Below are positions 44,445 to 55,645 of a stretch of 64,000 nucleotides of DNA, one piece after another. Numbering within the stretch: the stretch's first letter is position 1; each line of letters opens with the position of its first letter. This DNA comes from an uncultured Verrucomicrobiae bacterium (GTDB lineage Bacteria; Verrucomicrobiota; Verrucomicrobiia; Chthoniobacterales; Chthoniobacteraceae). The position numbers and the translations under genes were made by a program. The notes under the pieces are model-generated. The model did no database searches, was not told where the DNA came from, and was given only the letters and a program-made list of their open reading frames with translations. The stretch is taken from NCBI GenBank assembly GCA_963769025.1, contig CAVYKI010000010.1, positions 224,001-288,000 on the forward strand, in the 5' to 3' direction.

Positions 44445-45587
44445 ATGCCGAATTTTTTCCCCGATGAGTCCGAGCGGCAGCGGCTCTTCCCGGTCTGCAA
44501 ATCGAAAATCTTCCTCGGGCACGCCGCCGTCACCGCGCTCCCGGCCTGCGTCGCGGATGCGATGTGCGCGCACATCCGCCAGTCGTGCGAAATGCCGCAG
44601 GAATTCGGCGACGTGCTGCGCGACATCAAGGGCGCGCGCCAGTTGTGTGCGGAATTCATCGGCGCGGAGGCGGATGAAATCGCGCTGCTCGGCCCGACCT
44701 CGCTCGGCCTGAGCCTCTTCGCGAACGGCCTCCCGTGGCAGCCCGGCGACGAGGTCGTGTGCTACGCAGGCGACTATCCGGCGAATGTGTATCCGTGGAT
44801 CGAGCTGCGGCGGCGCGGCGTGGGGGTGAAGCTGCTCCAGCCCGCGACGCCCGGCGAAATCACGCCCGAACTCGTCGCCGCCGCACTCACGCCGAAAACG
44901 AAACTCGTCGCCCTCGCGAGCTGCCATTTTTTCTCCGGCTACCGCATCGACGTGGATGCCATCGGACGCATGCTGCACGAGCGCGGCGTCCTCTTTTCCG
45001 TGGATGCCATCCAGACGCTCGGCGCGTTTCCGATGAACGTGGATCACGTGGATTTCCTCAGCGCCGATGCGCACAAGTGGATGCTCGGCCCGGTCGCCAT
45101 CGGCATCGTGTATGTGAAGAGGAAGCACTTCGACCTCTGCCGCCCGACGCTGCTCGGCGCGTGGAATGTGTATTCGCCGAACTTCCAGGCGCAGGACGAG
45201 GTGCGCTTCATGCCGACGGCGCAACGCTACGAACCGGGCGTGCTGAACATCGCCGGCATCTACGGCATGCAGGCGGCCATCGAGATGTTCCTGCGCCTCG
45301 GAGTGCAGCAAATCGCGGCGCGCCTCCTCGAACTCACCGCGCATCTCGCCGCCGGACTGCGTGATCGCGGCTACGAGCTTCACAGCCCCGCCGCCGGCGC
45401 AACGGCGAGCGGGATCACGACCTTCCGGCACGAAGCGCGGAGCATGGCGGAGTTGCACGCGAGGCTCGATCAGGCCGGCGTGGTCAGTTCACTCCGCCAC
45501 GATCGCGAAGGCCGCGAGTATCTCCGTTTCAGTCCGCATTTTTTCAACACCGAGGCGGAACTCGACACGGTGCTGGGACATTTGTGA
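44445..45587 (+). CDS. Class V PLP aminotransferase (cysteine desulfurase-like)
   Basis: VDAIQTLG, ADAHKWMLGP (PLP lysine), RYEPG, RFSPHFFN. Confidence 0.88.
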   Translation: MPNFFPDESERQRLFPVCKSKIFLGHAAVTALPACVADAMCAHIRQSCEMPQEFGDVLRDIKGARQLCAEFIGAEADEIALLGPTSLGLSLFANGLPWQPGDEVVCYAGDYPANVYPWIELRRRGVGVKLLQPATPGEITPELVAAALTPKTKLVALASCHFFSGYRIDVDAIGRMLHERGVLFSVDAIQTLGAFPMNVDHVDFLSADAHKWMLGPVAIGIVYVKRKHFDLCRPTLLGAWNVYSPNFQAQDEVRFMPTAQRYEPGVLNIAGIYGMQAAIEMFLRLGVQQIAARLLELTAHLAAGLRDRGYELHSPAAGATASGITTFRHEARSMAELHARLDQAGVVSSLRHDREGREYLRFSPHFFNTEAELDTVLGHL

Positions 45588-45667
45588 GGTAGGGCGCGTT
45601 CGCCGAACGCGCCCAGATCCCTCGACTCGGGAGGATCCGTGGGACGGCTCGGCGAGCCGTCCCTACC
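45588..45667. repeat. REPIN-like doublet of inverted family-1 GTAG REPs between convergent genes
   Basis: GGTAGGGCGCGTTCGCCGAACGCGCCC (45588-45614, +) and GGTAGGGACGGCTCGCCGAGCCGTCCC (45641-45667, -). Confidence 0.85.
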
Positions 45668-46817
45668 GGATCAGCCCGAAGTGCGTCTCGCGGTCGCGCA
45701 GGAATGGCCAGTAAACGAAGAAGCCCGGGCCCATCAGGTTTTTCTCCGGCACGGTGCCCCACGCGCGGCCGTCGGAGCTGTTGAAGCTGTTATCGCCGAG
45801 CGCGAAATATTGTCCCTCCGGCACGTGGAACGTGGCGTCCGGGTCGCGGAGCAGATAGCCGATCGTGTTTGAGTAGCCCTTGTATTCGTTCCACGGCTTT
45901 TCGTCGCTGCCCTGCATCACGCGCACGAAGCCGGGCTCCTTTGCGCGCTGGCCGTTGTGGAAAAGATCCGGCGCGGCGAGCCGCAGTTCGTCCCCCGGCA
46001 GGCCGGCGAGTCGCTTGATGTAAAATTGCGACGGCTTCATCGGCGGCGGACCGGAGATGCCGTAGCCGGGGATGTCGATGTACTGGGTCAGGAACACGAA
46101 CACCTCGCCGCGCGTGGGCTTGCGGAAATGGTAGCTGCATTTGTCCACGAACACGTGGTCGCCCGTGTCCGTGTAGCCGCGCGCGATGGGGTCGCCTTTC
46201 TTATACGCGCGGCCGGGGGAAATCCCGAACGTGTCGCGCACCGGCCGCTCGGATTCATTCACCCAGTAGGTGTGTCCCGCATCCGTATCCACGCGGGTGT
46301 AGGTGAAAAACCGCCGGAGACCGCCGCGCTTTTCCTCGGCGACGTTCGTCACCCTTTCATCCGCCTCGGCCACCACATTATGCCAGCTGCGCCCGTACGC
46401 AGCCGTGTGATAGGCGCGGAGGAGAAGGTTCGGCGGCTCCTCGGCCGTGACCTTTCCGGTGATGCCGTTCAGCGTCGGATACATCGAGGAAGTGGGAATG
46501 GTGAACGGCTGGAGGAAATACGTGCGAATCCCCAGCGCCACGATGATCGCGACGAGGATCACCTCCACGTTCTCCGCGATCCCCGCGTGCTTCCCGAGCG
46601 GGCAATGCTGGCCGCACAGCCGGTCGAGCGCCTCTTCGCTCGCCTTCACGCCGGCCTTGTCGCGCTGCTTGACGCAATCGGCGAGTCGCTCGATTTCCAC
46701 GACGAATTCCGCGGTCACATCGGGAGCCCAGCGGTCGCGGTTGTAGTCCACGCGCTTCTGCGCCTCCTTGATGTAAAGGCGGGCCTGCTTGATGTACTTC
46801 GGCGTGAGGAAAAACAT
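45663..46817 (-). CDS. lepB: Signal peptidase I
   Basis: PFTIPTSSMYPTL (Ser), YIKRLAGLPGD (Lys), GDNSFNSSDGR. Confidence 0.93.
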   Translation of the reverse strand: MFFLTPKYIKQARLYIKEAQKRVDYNRDRWAPDVTAEFVVEIERLADCVKQRDKAGVKASEEALDRLCGQHCPLGKHAGIAENVEVILVAIIVALGIRTYFLQPFTIPTSSMYPTLNGITGKVTAEEPPNLLLRAYHTAAYGRSWHNVVAEADERVTNVAEEKRGGLRRFFTYTRVDTDAGHTYWVNESERPVRDTFGISPGRAYKKGDPIARGYTDTGDHVFVDKCSYHFRKPTRGEVFVFLTQYIDIPGYGISGPPPMKPSQFYIKRLAGLPGDELRLAAPDLFHNGQRAKEPGFVRVMQGSDEKPWNEYKGYSNTIGYLLRDPDATFHVPEGQYFALGDNSFNSSDGRAWGTVPEKNLMGPGFFVYWPFLRDRETHFGLIR

Positions 46818-46881
46818 GGGTCGCGCTCCCTTATGCGTCCCGTCCCGCGATGGCAAGCGCGCACGCCGGGCGCGCCGCTTT

Positions 46882-49323
46882 TCACTCGTAAACGAGCTGC
46901 ACCGTCGCGCTGCAATCCGCGTCGGCGCTCGCACGGAGCCAGCGCGCGTGAATCGCAGCCGGGAACTCGTAGGTGACCGCGTCGCCATGCGGCACCTCGA
47001 AGGCCTTGTGCGTGATCCAGAGACCGGTGCCATCGAGATCGAGTTCGACGCGGAAGGTGACCGGGCGCTTCCCGTCGTGACTGAGTTTCAGAGTCCGCCG
47101 GTCGTAGCCCCAGATCAGATACGGGTCGCTCTTCTCGCCAGCGGCGACTTTCGCATGCGCCCAAGGTCCGCCCTGGCCGCGCGGCTTGCCCAGTTTCCAA
47201 AGGTCGTCGATCGCGCCGGCCCACAGCGCGGCCTTGCCGTCGTCGCTGCGGATGATGTGTTCGCCGCTCGCGTCAGGTTTCAGGCCCGTGAGGATGAGCA
47301 TCCCGCGGTAGCTGCAGTAGTCCATGATACGCCGGTCGTGCGTGGCGACGGGGCGGATGTTGGCGAAGCCGTCGGCGTTTTCCGCGGGCAGTTCGTAGAA
47401 AGTGCCGTGCGCGCTGAAGAGGTCGCGCTCGGTGGACACTTCGCGGCAGATGCGCAGCAGTCCGGCGTCCGTCGGCGCGTCGTTGGACTCAGTCGTGAAT
47501 GGCAGCCGCCAGCGGCGTCCGCGGTCGTCCACGACCAGCACGCTCGCGCCGTCCTTCGTGATGACGTTGCGCGGGATCGCCGTCTTCGCCTTCACGAATT
47601 CGTGCGCCTTCGCGTCCTCGACGCGGCGCAGGTTCAGTTCGCCATCGAGTTCGTAGTAGCCGAGGTCCGCCGCCTCGGTGCCGCGCACGTTCATGGCTGC
47701 GAACGCGAGGGTGCGCTTGTTGTCGCCGCGCGCGCGGACGAGGCCGCCGATACTCGCGCCGGAATCGCTGATCGCCGCGACGCCGCTGAAAATCGCGTCC
47801 GGCTGCGCGCCACGCCGGTCCGCATTCACGCAGGTGAAAAACGCGCTCACCTTGTCACCGGCGCTCGTGGCGCGGAGGCGGATCCATTCGCCCTGCTCCG
47901 TGAACGTGACGGCCTCCGCCGCGCCGGGCGCCACGGTGAGCGCGTCCTTCCGCGGCTTGCCGTCGATCTCGATCGTCGCGGTGAACGGCGCTGTTCCGCC
48001 GTTCACGACATGCAGCGTGCGATGCTGCCAGCCAGCGGCGAGGAACGGGTCCGACACCTCGCCGCGCCTTCACCGCGTCGCGCAGCCACACCGCGCCGCT
48101 CGCATGGGCGGGGCCGAAGCTGTCGAGCGCCTTCGGCTCGACGAACCACAGGTTCGACTGCGACTGGCCCGGGCCCGTCGATGCCGCCCTTCACCTTGCG
48201 CTTGTTCAGGAACTCCGACTTTGCCGTGTCGTCGCAGCCGAAGCACGAGGCGATCGTTCCACGCGGCAGAAGTCGCCGATCGACCTTGAGATACGTCGCT
48301 GCGCGGACGGATGCCCGCGGTGTTCGCCGCGCGTGAACGTCTTCGGGAACCGCCAGAACATGCCGTGCATCGTCATCAGCAGATCGCTCTCGCCGATGTC
48401 GCGGATGCGCGGCCACTCGGTGTTCCAGCCGTGCGCGCCGTCGTAGCTGTGGCTCGCCTTCGGCAGGCGGAAGGTCGTGCCACTTTCCGCCCTCGCAGCA
48501 GCATGAGGATGAGCGAGCGATGATCCCAGCCGATGCTCCAGAGCGGATCGGTCGCGGGATTCTCGTTGCCGAAAATGCCGCCCGGCCCGGTGACTTCGGT
48601 GAACTGATTGCGCCGCACGACCGTCCACGTCGTCCGGCCTTGCCGTCCCACTCGGCGAGCACGCCGGACGGCGTCGTCGGGATCCTTCAGCGCCGCCGGG
48701 GCGTGGTCGCCGTTGTTCGCATACACGAGCCGGCCCTGGCCGGAGTAGAGGCCCTTGCCGTGGTAGCCGGGCAGGTCGGCGTGGCGGCCGTCCTTTTGCT
48801 GCTCGTCGGTCCAGAGCTTCGTGACGGCGAGCGACTGCACGTCCACCTCGTAGATGCCCTCCTCCATCGTGGCGTAGTAGATCTTGCCCGCCGGGTCGGT
48901 GAGATGCCGCGCATTGCCGGTGAGCCGGCCGAACATCTTGTCCGGCGGAATCACGCGCACGCCGCCTTTCGCATCGATGACGTACGGCCCGATGAAGAGC
49001 TGCTCCGACTCGCGGTGGATCATCCGGTTCGCCGGCGTGCCGCCGATGCTCTCGGGGCGGACGGTCTGCACGAGCTCGGCCGTGATTTCGTAGAGCTTGT
49101 CCGAGGAGCCCTGCGGCTTGTGCGGCGCGTAGGTGATGACCCACAGCCGGTCCGCCCACGGCACGACCGCGCCGGTGCCGCACTCGCCCTCGTCGTTGAA
49201 CATCGCGAGATGCGGATAGATGCCGGAGACGCTGCGCGGTTCGGCCGCAGAGGATTCGCAGTGAATGATTCCAGCCAGGAACGCGGCGTAAAGCGGGAGG
49301 AGCGGGGGTCGTCGGAATTTCAT
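46882..49323 (-). CDS. Large (~800 aa) secreted protein of unknown function (frameshifts at ~48050-48700)
   Basis: Signal peptide, then SGIYPHLAMFNDEGECGTGAVVPWADRLW. Pieces in ORFs 48376..49335, 48003..48662 and 46882..48057 and adjacent frames join into one protein. Confidence 0.7.
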
Positions 49324-49480
49324 GGGATTGCGCATTGAATCCGCGCGCCGCGCCGTTTGGAAAAGCTATTTTCGGCCCTCTCCATCGATGGACACCCCCG
49401 GGACGCAACGTGCGTGGCATCGGCGTCGTCAGCGGGGTGAGCTTGCATTCGCGCTTCCCGCCCGTTTTGAGTTTCGTGAC

Positions 49481-50242
49481 ATGAAACTGATTTCCTGGAA
49501 CGTGAATGGCATCCGCGCGGCGCTGAAAAAGGGTTTCCTCGATTTCCTCGCGGCGGAAATGGCGGACATCGTGTGCGTGCAGGAGACGAAGGCTTCGCCG
49601 GATGTCGTCGAGGTCGAGTGGCCGAAGGGCTACGGCGCGCATTGGAACTGGGCGGAGAAGAAGGGCTACTCGGGGACGCTGATCCTCAGTCGCACCGAAC
49701 CGCTGGCCGTTACGCGCGGCATCGGAAAAACAGAGCATGACCGCGAGGGGCGCGTGCTCACGGCTGAGTATGCCGACTTTTTCCTCGTGAATGTGTACGT
49801 GCCGAACTCGCAGCGCGAGCTGACGCGGCTCGACTACCGCCAGCAGTGGGACCGCGATTTTCTCGCGCACCTGAAGGCGCTCGAACGCACGAAGCCGGTG
49901 ATTTTCTGCGGCGACCTGAACGTGGCCCACACGGAGATCGACCTCGCGCGGCCGAAGGACAACGTGCGCAACCACGGCTTCACGATCGAGGAGCGCACGG
50001 GCTTCGGCGCGCTGGTGGAGGCGGGCTTCGTGGACACGTTCCGCGAATTTGAAAAGGCCGGCGGCCATTACACGTGGTGGAGCCAGATGAACAACGCGCG
50101 CGCGCGCAACATCGGCTGGCGGATCGATTACTTCCTCGCGTCCGCCGCACTGCGTCCGCGGTTGAAATCGGCGCGGATCTACCCGCACATCACCGGCTCC
50201 GACCACTGCCCCGTGGGGCTGGAGCTGAAGCGCGGGAAATGA
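49481..50242 (+). CDS. xth: Exodeoxyribonuclease III
   Basis: ISWNVNGIRA, QETK, GDLNVAH, GWRIDY, SDHCP. Confidence 0.95.
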   Translation: MKLISWNVNGIRAALKKGFLDFLAAEMADIVCVQETKASPDVVEVEWPKGYGAHWNWAEKKGYSGTLILSRTEPLAVTRGIGKTEHDREGRVLTAEYADFFLVNVYVPNSQRELTRLDYRQQWDRDFLAHLKALERTKPVIFCGDLNVAHTEIDLARPKDNVRNHGFTIEERTGFGALVEAGFVDTFREFEKAGGHYTWWSQMNNARARNIGWRIDYFLASAALRPRLKSARIYPHITGSDHCPVGLELKRGK

Positions 50243-50354
50243 GAGCAGCGGCATGTCGCCCGAAATCCATCCCGCACGCATCGGTTGCATTCGCGCGCCT
50301 CAATCCGGATGCTGGGCCGCCTCTGCCGCTTGATACGACTACGCCTTCCGCCGA

Positions 50355-51338
50355 ATGACACATGAATTGGACCATTTGCATCAGCCCGTATCGGCAGTCG
50401 CGCGCACGGACGTCGCCACGTTGCGCCAGGATTTCACCGTTCAGCATGCGTTGGATGCCATCCGGCAGCGCGGCATCGGCGAGAAAATCGTCTATTTTTA
50501 CGTGGTCGATGAGGAGGACCGCCTGGCCGGCGTCCTGCCCACCCGCCGGCTTCTGACCGCGCCGCTTGGGCACTCGCTGGCCGACCTCATGATCACCCGC
50601 GTGGTCGCCATTCCGCAGACCGCGTCCGTCCTGGAGGCGTGCGAAGCCTTCGTCCTCCACAAGTTTTTGGCCTTTCCGATCGTGGACAAGGAACGAAGGA
50701 TTGTCGGCCAGGTGGATGTCGGATTGCTGAACGAAGAGGCATTCGACATCGCCGAGCGGGAGCAGACCGGGGCACTGTTTGAAACCATCGGTTTCCGCGT
50801 CTCGCAGGTGCGCGATGCATCGCCAATGCGGGCTTTTCGCTTCCGCTTTCCGTGGCTGCTGGCGACCATCGGCAGCGGAACCGTCTGCGCATTGTTGGCC
50901 AGCGCTTACGAGGTCACCCTCGCAAAAAGCATCGTCCTTGCGTTTTTCCTGACGCTCGTCCTGGGCCTGGCCGAAAGTGTCAGCATTCAATCCATGACGG
51001 TCACCATCCAGGCATTGCGTGGGACCCCGCCCACCTTCGCCTGGTATCTCCGGGCGTTTCGAAGGGAGACAGGCACGGCCGTGCTGCTCGGGGCGGCGTG
51101 CGGGTCCGTGGTGGGCGTGATTGTTTTCCTCTGGCGCGGCACCGGCCTCGCCGCGGTGGTGATCGGCGGAAGCATCTCGCTGGCGCTATGCGCGGCGTGC
51201 TTCTTCGGTCTGAGCGTTCCGGCCCTTCTCCACGCACTCAAACTCGACCCGAAAATCGCCGCCGGACCGGTGACCCTCGCGTTGACCGACATTTTCACGC
51301 TGCTGTTTTACTTCGGCTTGGCAGCGTGCCTGTTGTGA
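50355..51338 (+). CDS. mgtE: MgtE-family Mg2+ transporter (CBS pair + TM domain, no N-terminal domain)
   Basis: YFYVVD CBS, RFPWL, LDPKIAAGPVTLALTD. Confidence 0.85.
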   Translation: MTHELDHLHQPVSAVARTDVATLRQDFTVQHALDAIRQRGIGEKIVYFYVVDEEDRLAGVLPTRRLLTAPLGHSLADLMITRVVAIPQTASVLEACEAFVLHKFLAFPIVDKERRIVGQVDVGLLNEEAFDIAEREQTGALFETIGFRVSQVRDASPMRAFRFRFPWLLATIGSGTVCALLASAYEVTLAKSIVLAFFLTLVLGLAESVSIQSMTVTIQALRGTPPTFAWYLRAFRRETGTAVLLGAACGSVVGVIVFLWRGTGLAAVVIGGSISLALCAACFFGLSVPALLHALKLDPKIAAGPVTLALTDIFTLLFYFGLAACLL

Positions 51339-51356
51339 GGCGGCTTCCGCGCGCGG

Positions 51357-51396
51357 CACGCGACGCGGCGGCACATGGGAAACGTTGCGTCGCGTG
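51357..51396. terminator. 14-bp hairpin after mgtE (possible terminator or regulatory stem)
   Basis: CACGCGACGCGGCG-N12-CGTTGCGTCGCGTG with two G-U pairs; no U-tract. Confidence 0.35.
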
Positions 51397-51520
51397 GACA
51401 ATTCTGCCACTGAACCCGTCCCCTGCGGCGCGTCGTGGCGCAGTCCCCTCATGATATGGGCTAAGTCGGACGAGTGTCCGCAGGTTTTCACCGCGCATTA
51501 TTTTCATCCCGAACCAGACC

Positions 51521-54500
51521 ATGAAACACATCACGACACTCCTCGCCGTCATCGCCCTCGCGATGACAGTGCATGCCCAGCAGGGCGGCAGCCTCGAACT
51601 CCACAAAGGCGACCACATCGCGATCGTCGGCAGCGGGCTCGCGGACCGGCAGCAGCATCACGGCTGGCTGGAGATCGCTGATCCACAAGGCGTATCCCGG
51701 ATCTCGAACTGACGGTGCGCAATCTCGGCTTTGCGGCGGATGAGGTGAACGTGCATCCGCGCAGCGACGAAGTGCCGACGACGGAGTAGTTCCTCGAACA
51801 TGAAGCCGGGAACGACGACGCTGACCGTCGGCAAGACCGAGGTGACCTACCACTGGGGCACGGATTTCCATGCGAACGTGATCCTCGCGTACTGGGGCTT
51901 CAATGAGTCGTTCAAGGGCGAGGCGGGGCTGGCGGATTTCAAGAAGGCGCTGGACGAGTATCTGAAGAAGCAGCGCGACGGCGGACTACGGAAAGGGCAA
52001 GCCGCGCGTGGTGCTGCTCTCGCCCATCGCGCATGAGAACGTGAAGGACCCGACGAACTATCCGGACGGCTCGGCGAACAACAAGAACCTCGCGCTTTAC
52101 ACCAAGGCGATGGCGGAGGTGGCGAAGGCGAACGGGGTGCAGTTCGTCGATCTCTTCGCCGCGTCGCAGGCAGCTCTACGCGAAGGCCGCGCGTCCGCTC
52201 ACGATCAATGGCATCCATCTCTCCGAGGAGGGCGACAAGGTGCTCGCGCCGGTGCAGTTCAAGGCGCTCTTCGGCAAGGACGCGCCGAGCGACGACCGAT
52301 CCCGCCGTGGCGAAAATCCGGCAGGCGGTGCTGGAGAAGAATGTGCAGTGGCATCACCGCTACCGCACCGTGGATCAGTACAACATCTTCGGCAGCGCTC
52401 GCGCATCAAATACAAGGAGAAGGACGCTCCCGGCGAGGGCGTGGACAACGCGACGATCCTCGGCCAGGAGCTGGCTCAGCGCGATGTGAAGGTGGCGAAC
52501 CGCGACAAGGCCGTGTGGGCCGTGGCGAAGGGCGAACCCATTCACGGTGAAGGACGACAACCTGCCGCCGGTGCAGCCGACGCCGCCGAACCGCAAGGAG
52601 CCGGTGCCTTATCTGAGCGGCGCGGAGGCGCTGAAGCACCTCACGGTCGCCCGAGGGCGCGAAGGTGGAGTTCGTCGCGTCGGAGGAGGAATTCCCCGAG
52701 CTGGTGAATCCGGTGCAGATGAATTTCGACACGCAAGGGCCGCCTGTGGGTCGCCGCGTGGCCGACGTATCCCGAGACGACGCCGACGACAAGAACTTCG
52801 ACAAGCTGCTCGTCTTCGACATCGACCCGAAGACCGGGAAGTTCACGAAATGCACGACCTTCCCGACGGGCTGAACTGCCCGACCGGCTTCCAGTTCTAC
52901 AAGGACGGCGTGCTCGTCATGCAGTCGCCGGACATGTGGTTCATGCGCGACACGGATGGCGACGGCAAGGCCGACTGGAAGGAGCGCATCGTGCATGGCC
53001 TCGACGCGGCGGACTCGCATCACGAGACGAACTCGATCTGCTACGAGCCCGGCGGCGCGGTGTATTTCAGCGACGGCGTTTTCCATCGCACGAATGTCGA
53101 GACGCTCAACGGCCCGGTGCGCAACGTGAACGGCGCGATCTACCGCTACGAGCCGCGCACGCGCAAGTTCAGCGCTACGTGCCCTACGGCTTCGCGAATC
53201 CGCACGGCCGCGTGTTCGACTACTGGGGCAACGACATCATCACCGACGCCACCGGCAACGCGAACTACTTCGGCCCGGCGTTCAGCGGCCACCTCGACAG
53301 CGGCTCGCACCCGGGGATGAAGCAGTTCTGGAACCGCCCGTCGCGCCCGACTCCCGGCACCGCGATCCTGAGCAGCCGCCATTTCCCGGACGACTGGCAG
53401 GGCGATTTTCTGAACACGAACGTCATCAGCTTCCAGGGCATCTTCCGCGCGAAGATCACCGAGGACGGCTCGGGACTGCAAGGGCGAGACACGCGAGCAC
53501 GGCTCGTGCGACGGCGACGTCGCGGCAGAACCCGAATTTCCGCCCGAGCGGCATCGCCGTGGCGCCGGATGGCTCGCTCTATTTCATGGACTGGTCGCAG
53601 ATGCTCATCGGCCATCTTGCAGCATCATCTGCGCGACCCGAACCGCGACCATCAGCACGGCCGCATCTACCGCATCACCTATCCGTCGCGTCCGCTGCTG
53701 ACGCCGAAAAAGATCGCCGGCGAGCCGATCGAGAATCTGCTCGAACTGCTGAAGGAGCACGAGGACAACGTGCGCCAGCGCGCGAAGATCGAACTCGACA
53801 CGCATGACACCGCCGCAGGTCATCGCCGCGGTGCAGAAGTGGGAGAAGGCGCTCGATAAGAAGGACACGAACTACGAGCACCACCGCCTCGAGGCGCTGT
53901 GGGTCCACCAGTGGCACAACGTCGTGAACCTCGCGCTGCTCAACGACGTGCTGAAGTCGCCCGAGCCGCCGCGCCCGCGCGCAGGCCGTGCGCGTGCTCT
54001 GCTACTGGCGCGACCGCGTGCCGAATGCGCTCGCCCTGCTCGAAGACCGCCGTCGAGGACGAGCACCCGCGCGTCCGCCTCGAAGCCGTGCGCGCCGCGA
54101 GCTTCTTCAACGGCAAGGACGTGCCCGCCGCCATCGACATCACCTACGCGGCGCTGGCCAAGGAGATGGATTACTACCTCGAACTACACTTACGACGAGA
54201 CGATGAAGCAGCTCCGCTCGCTCTCGAAGGACTTCGTGCTCCCGCAGAATCCGGCACTCGTGGAAATGGCGCTGCACAAGCTTTCCGACGGCGAACTGGA
54301 AAGAGCACCATCCATCGAGCCCGTGCTCTATGCGCGTCTCGAACGCAAGAGCTACGACGCCGGCAAGCGCGACAAGGTGATCACCGAACTCGCCAAGCTT
54401 CACAACATCGATCGCGTGACCGAGATGATCTCCTCGCTCGCCAAGCTTGATGCCAAGGGCGGCACCGCCTCCGGTGGCGCGCAGGAGCTGGCAAAAATGC

Positions 54501-55550
54501 TCGGCCTCAGTGCTGCCGCGGATCTCGCAAAGGCTCGCACTTCACTCGTGAACCTCGCCTCGACCGCGAAGCTCGGCCCCGTGCGCGGTGCCGCGTGGGC
54601 CGCGCTCATCATCGGCGACGGCAAGCCAGAGACCGCCTGGGCCGCGGCGTCCGATGAGACGAAACGCAAAGCGCTGATGGATTCCATCGGCCTCATCCCC
54701 GACCCGTCGCTGCGAGCGAAATTCCAGCCGCTGCTCACCGACGCGCTCGGCGATCCGAAGTTCCGCAGCGCAGCGATGAAGGCGCTCCCGCTCATGGGCG
54801 CGGAGAACGCGAAGGCAAACTTCAAGGTGCTGATCGCCGGCATCCAGTCTCCGCAGACGCGCACCGCCGCGGTGCGCGCCGTGATGCAGCTCCCGCGCGA
54901 TTCCTGGGACAAGGCGCTCGCGGGCGCCGCGGCCGAGGGCATCCTCACGTGGGCAAAGACGGTCCCGCAGCGGCGACCGCACGAAGCAGGACTTTGTGGA
55001 GACGGTGCAGATCGGCATGGAACTCGCGAGCCTGCTGCCGCCGGATGCGGCGACGAAGCTCCGCAAGGAACTGCGCGGACTGGGCGTGAGCGTCTTCGTC
55101 GTGAAGACCGTCCACGAGCAGATGCGCTACGACACCACGCGCATCGTGGTCGAGGCAGGGAAACCGTTTGAGATCATCCTCGAGAACCTCGATGCGATGC
55201 CGCACAACCTGCTCATCGTGGACCCAGGTACGCGGCAGTCGGTTGCGGAGGCGGTGCAGACGCAGCGGCCCGACAAGTTCGACAAGCAGGGCCGCCCGTA
55301 TGTCCCGGAAAAGGACAAGCGCGTGCATGAGGCGACGAAACTCGTCGAGGCCGGGCAGAAGGACACGATCAAGTGGACCGCGCCGAAGAAGGAGGGCGAA
55401 TACGAATACGTCTGCACATTCCCGGGCCACTGGATGCTCATGTGGGGCAAGCTCATCGTCACGAAAGACGTGGACGCCTACCTGGCCGCCCATCCCGATT
55501 CGACTCTGCCCGCGCCCGGCGCACCGGTGCCGCCGCACGCGCACAAGTAA
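51521..55550 (+). CDS. Exported SGNH-like + glucose/sorbosone-dehydrogenase-like propeller + HEAT + azurin-like blue-copper fusion (many frameshifts)
   Basis: GDHIAIVG, RNLGF, GFNESF, NGIHL; ELVNPVQMNFD, DTDGDGKAD, RDHQHGRIYRI; C-terminal MPHNL and YVCTFPGHWMLM. Confidence 0.78.
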
Positions 55551-55645
55551 GCGAATCGTAGCCGCGCCCGCCGCTTGATCTCCACCTCACAGCACTCACC
55601 GAAACCCACCAAGCAAACGCCCTCACCGGGCTTTTTCCTCCACTC

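Noticed and set aside
40671..45667. CRISPR array from the 27-nt palindromic repeats
   Set aside because: Copies are inverted pairs kilobases apart, not direct repeats with spacers; no cas genes.
50243..50354. Mg2+ (M-box) riboswitch upstream of mgtE
   Set aside because: Only ~110 nt and no recognisable conserved riboswitch sequence; an Rfam scan would settle it.
51787..51789. In-frame TAG in the SGNH-like region as possible stop-codon recoding
   Set aside because: It lies in an indel-dense stretch, TAG is used as a normal stop elsewhere in the window, and no recoding machinery is visible.
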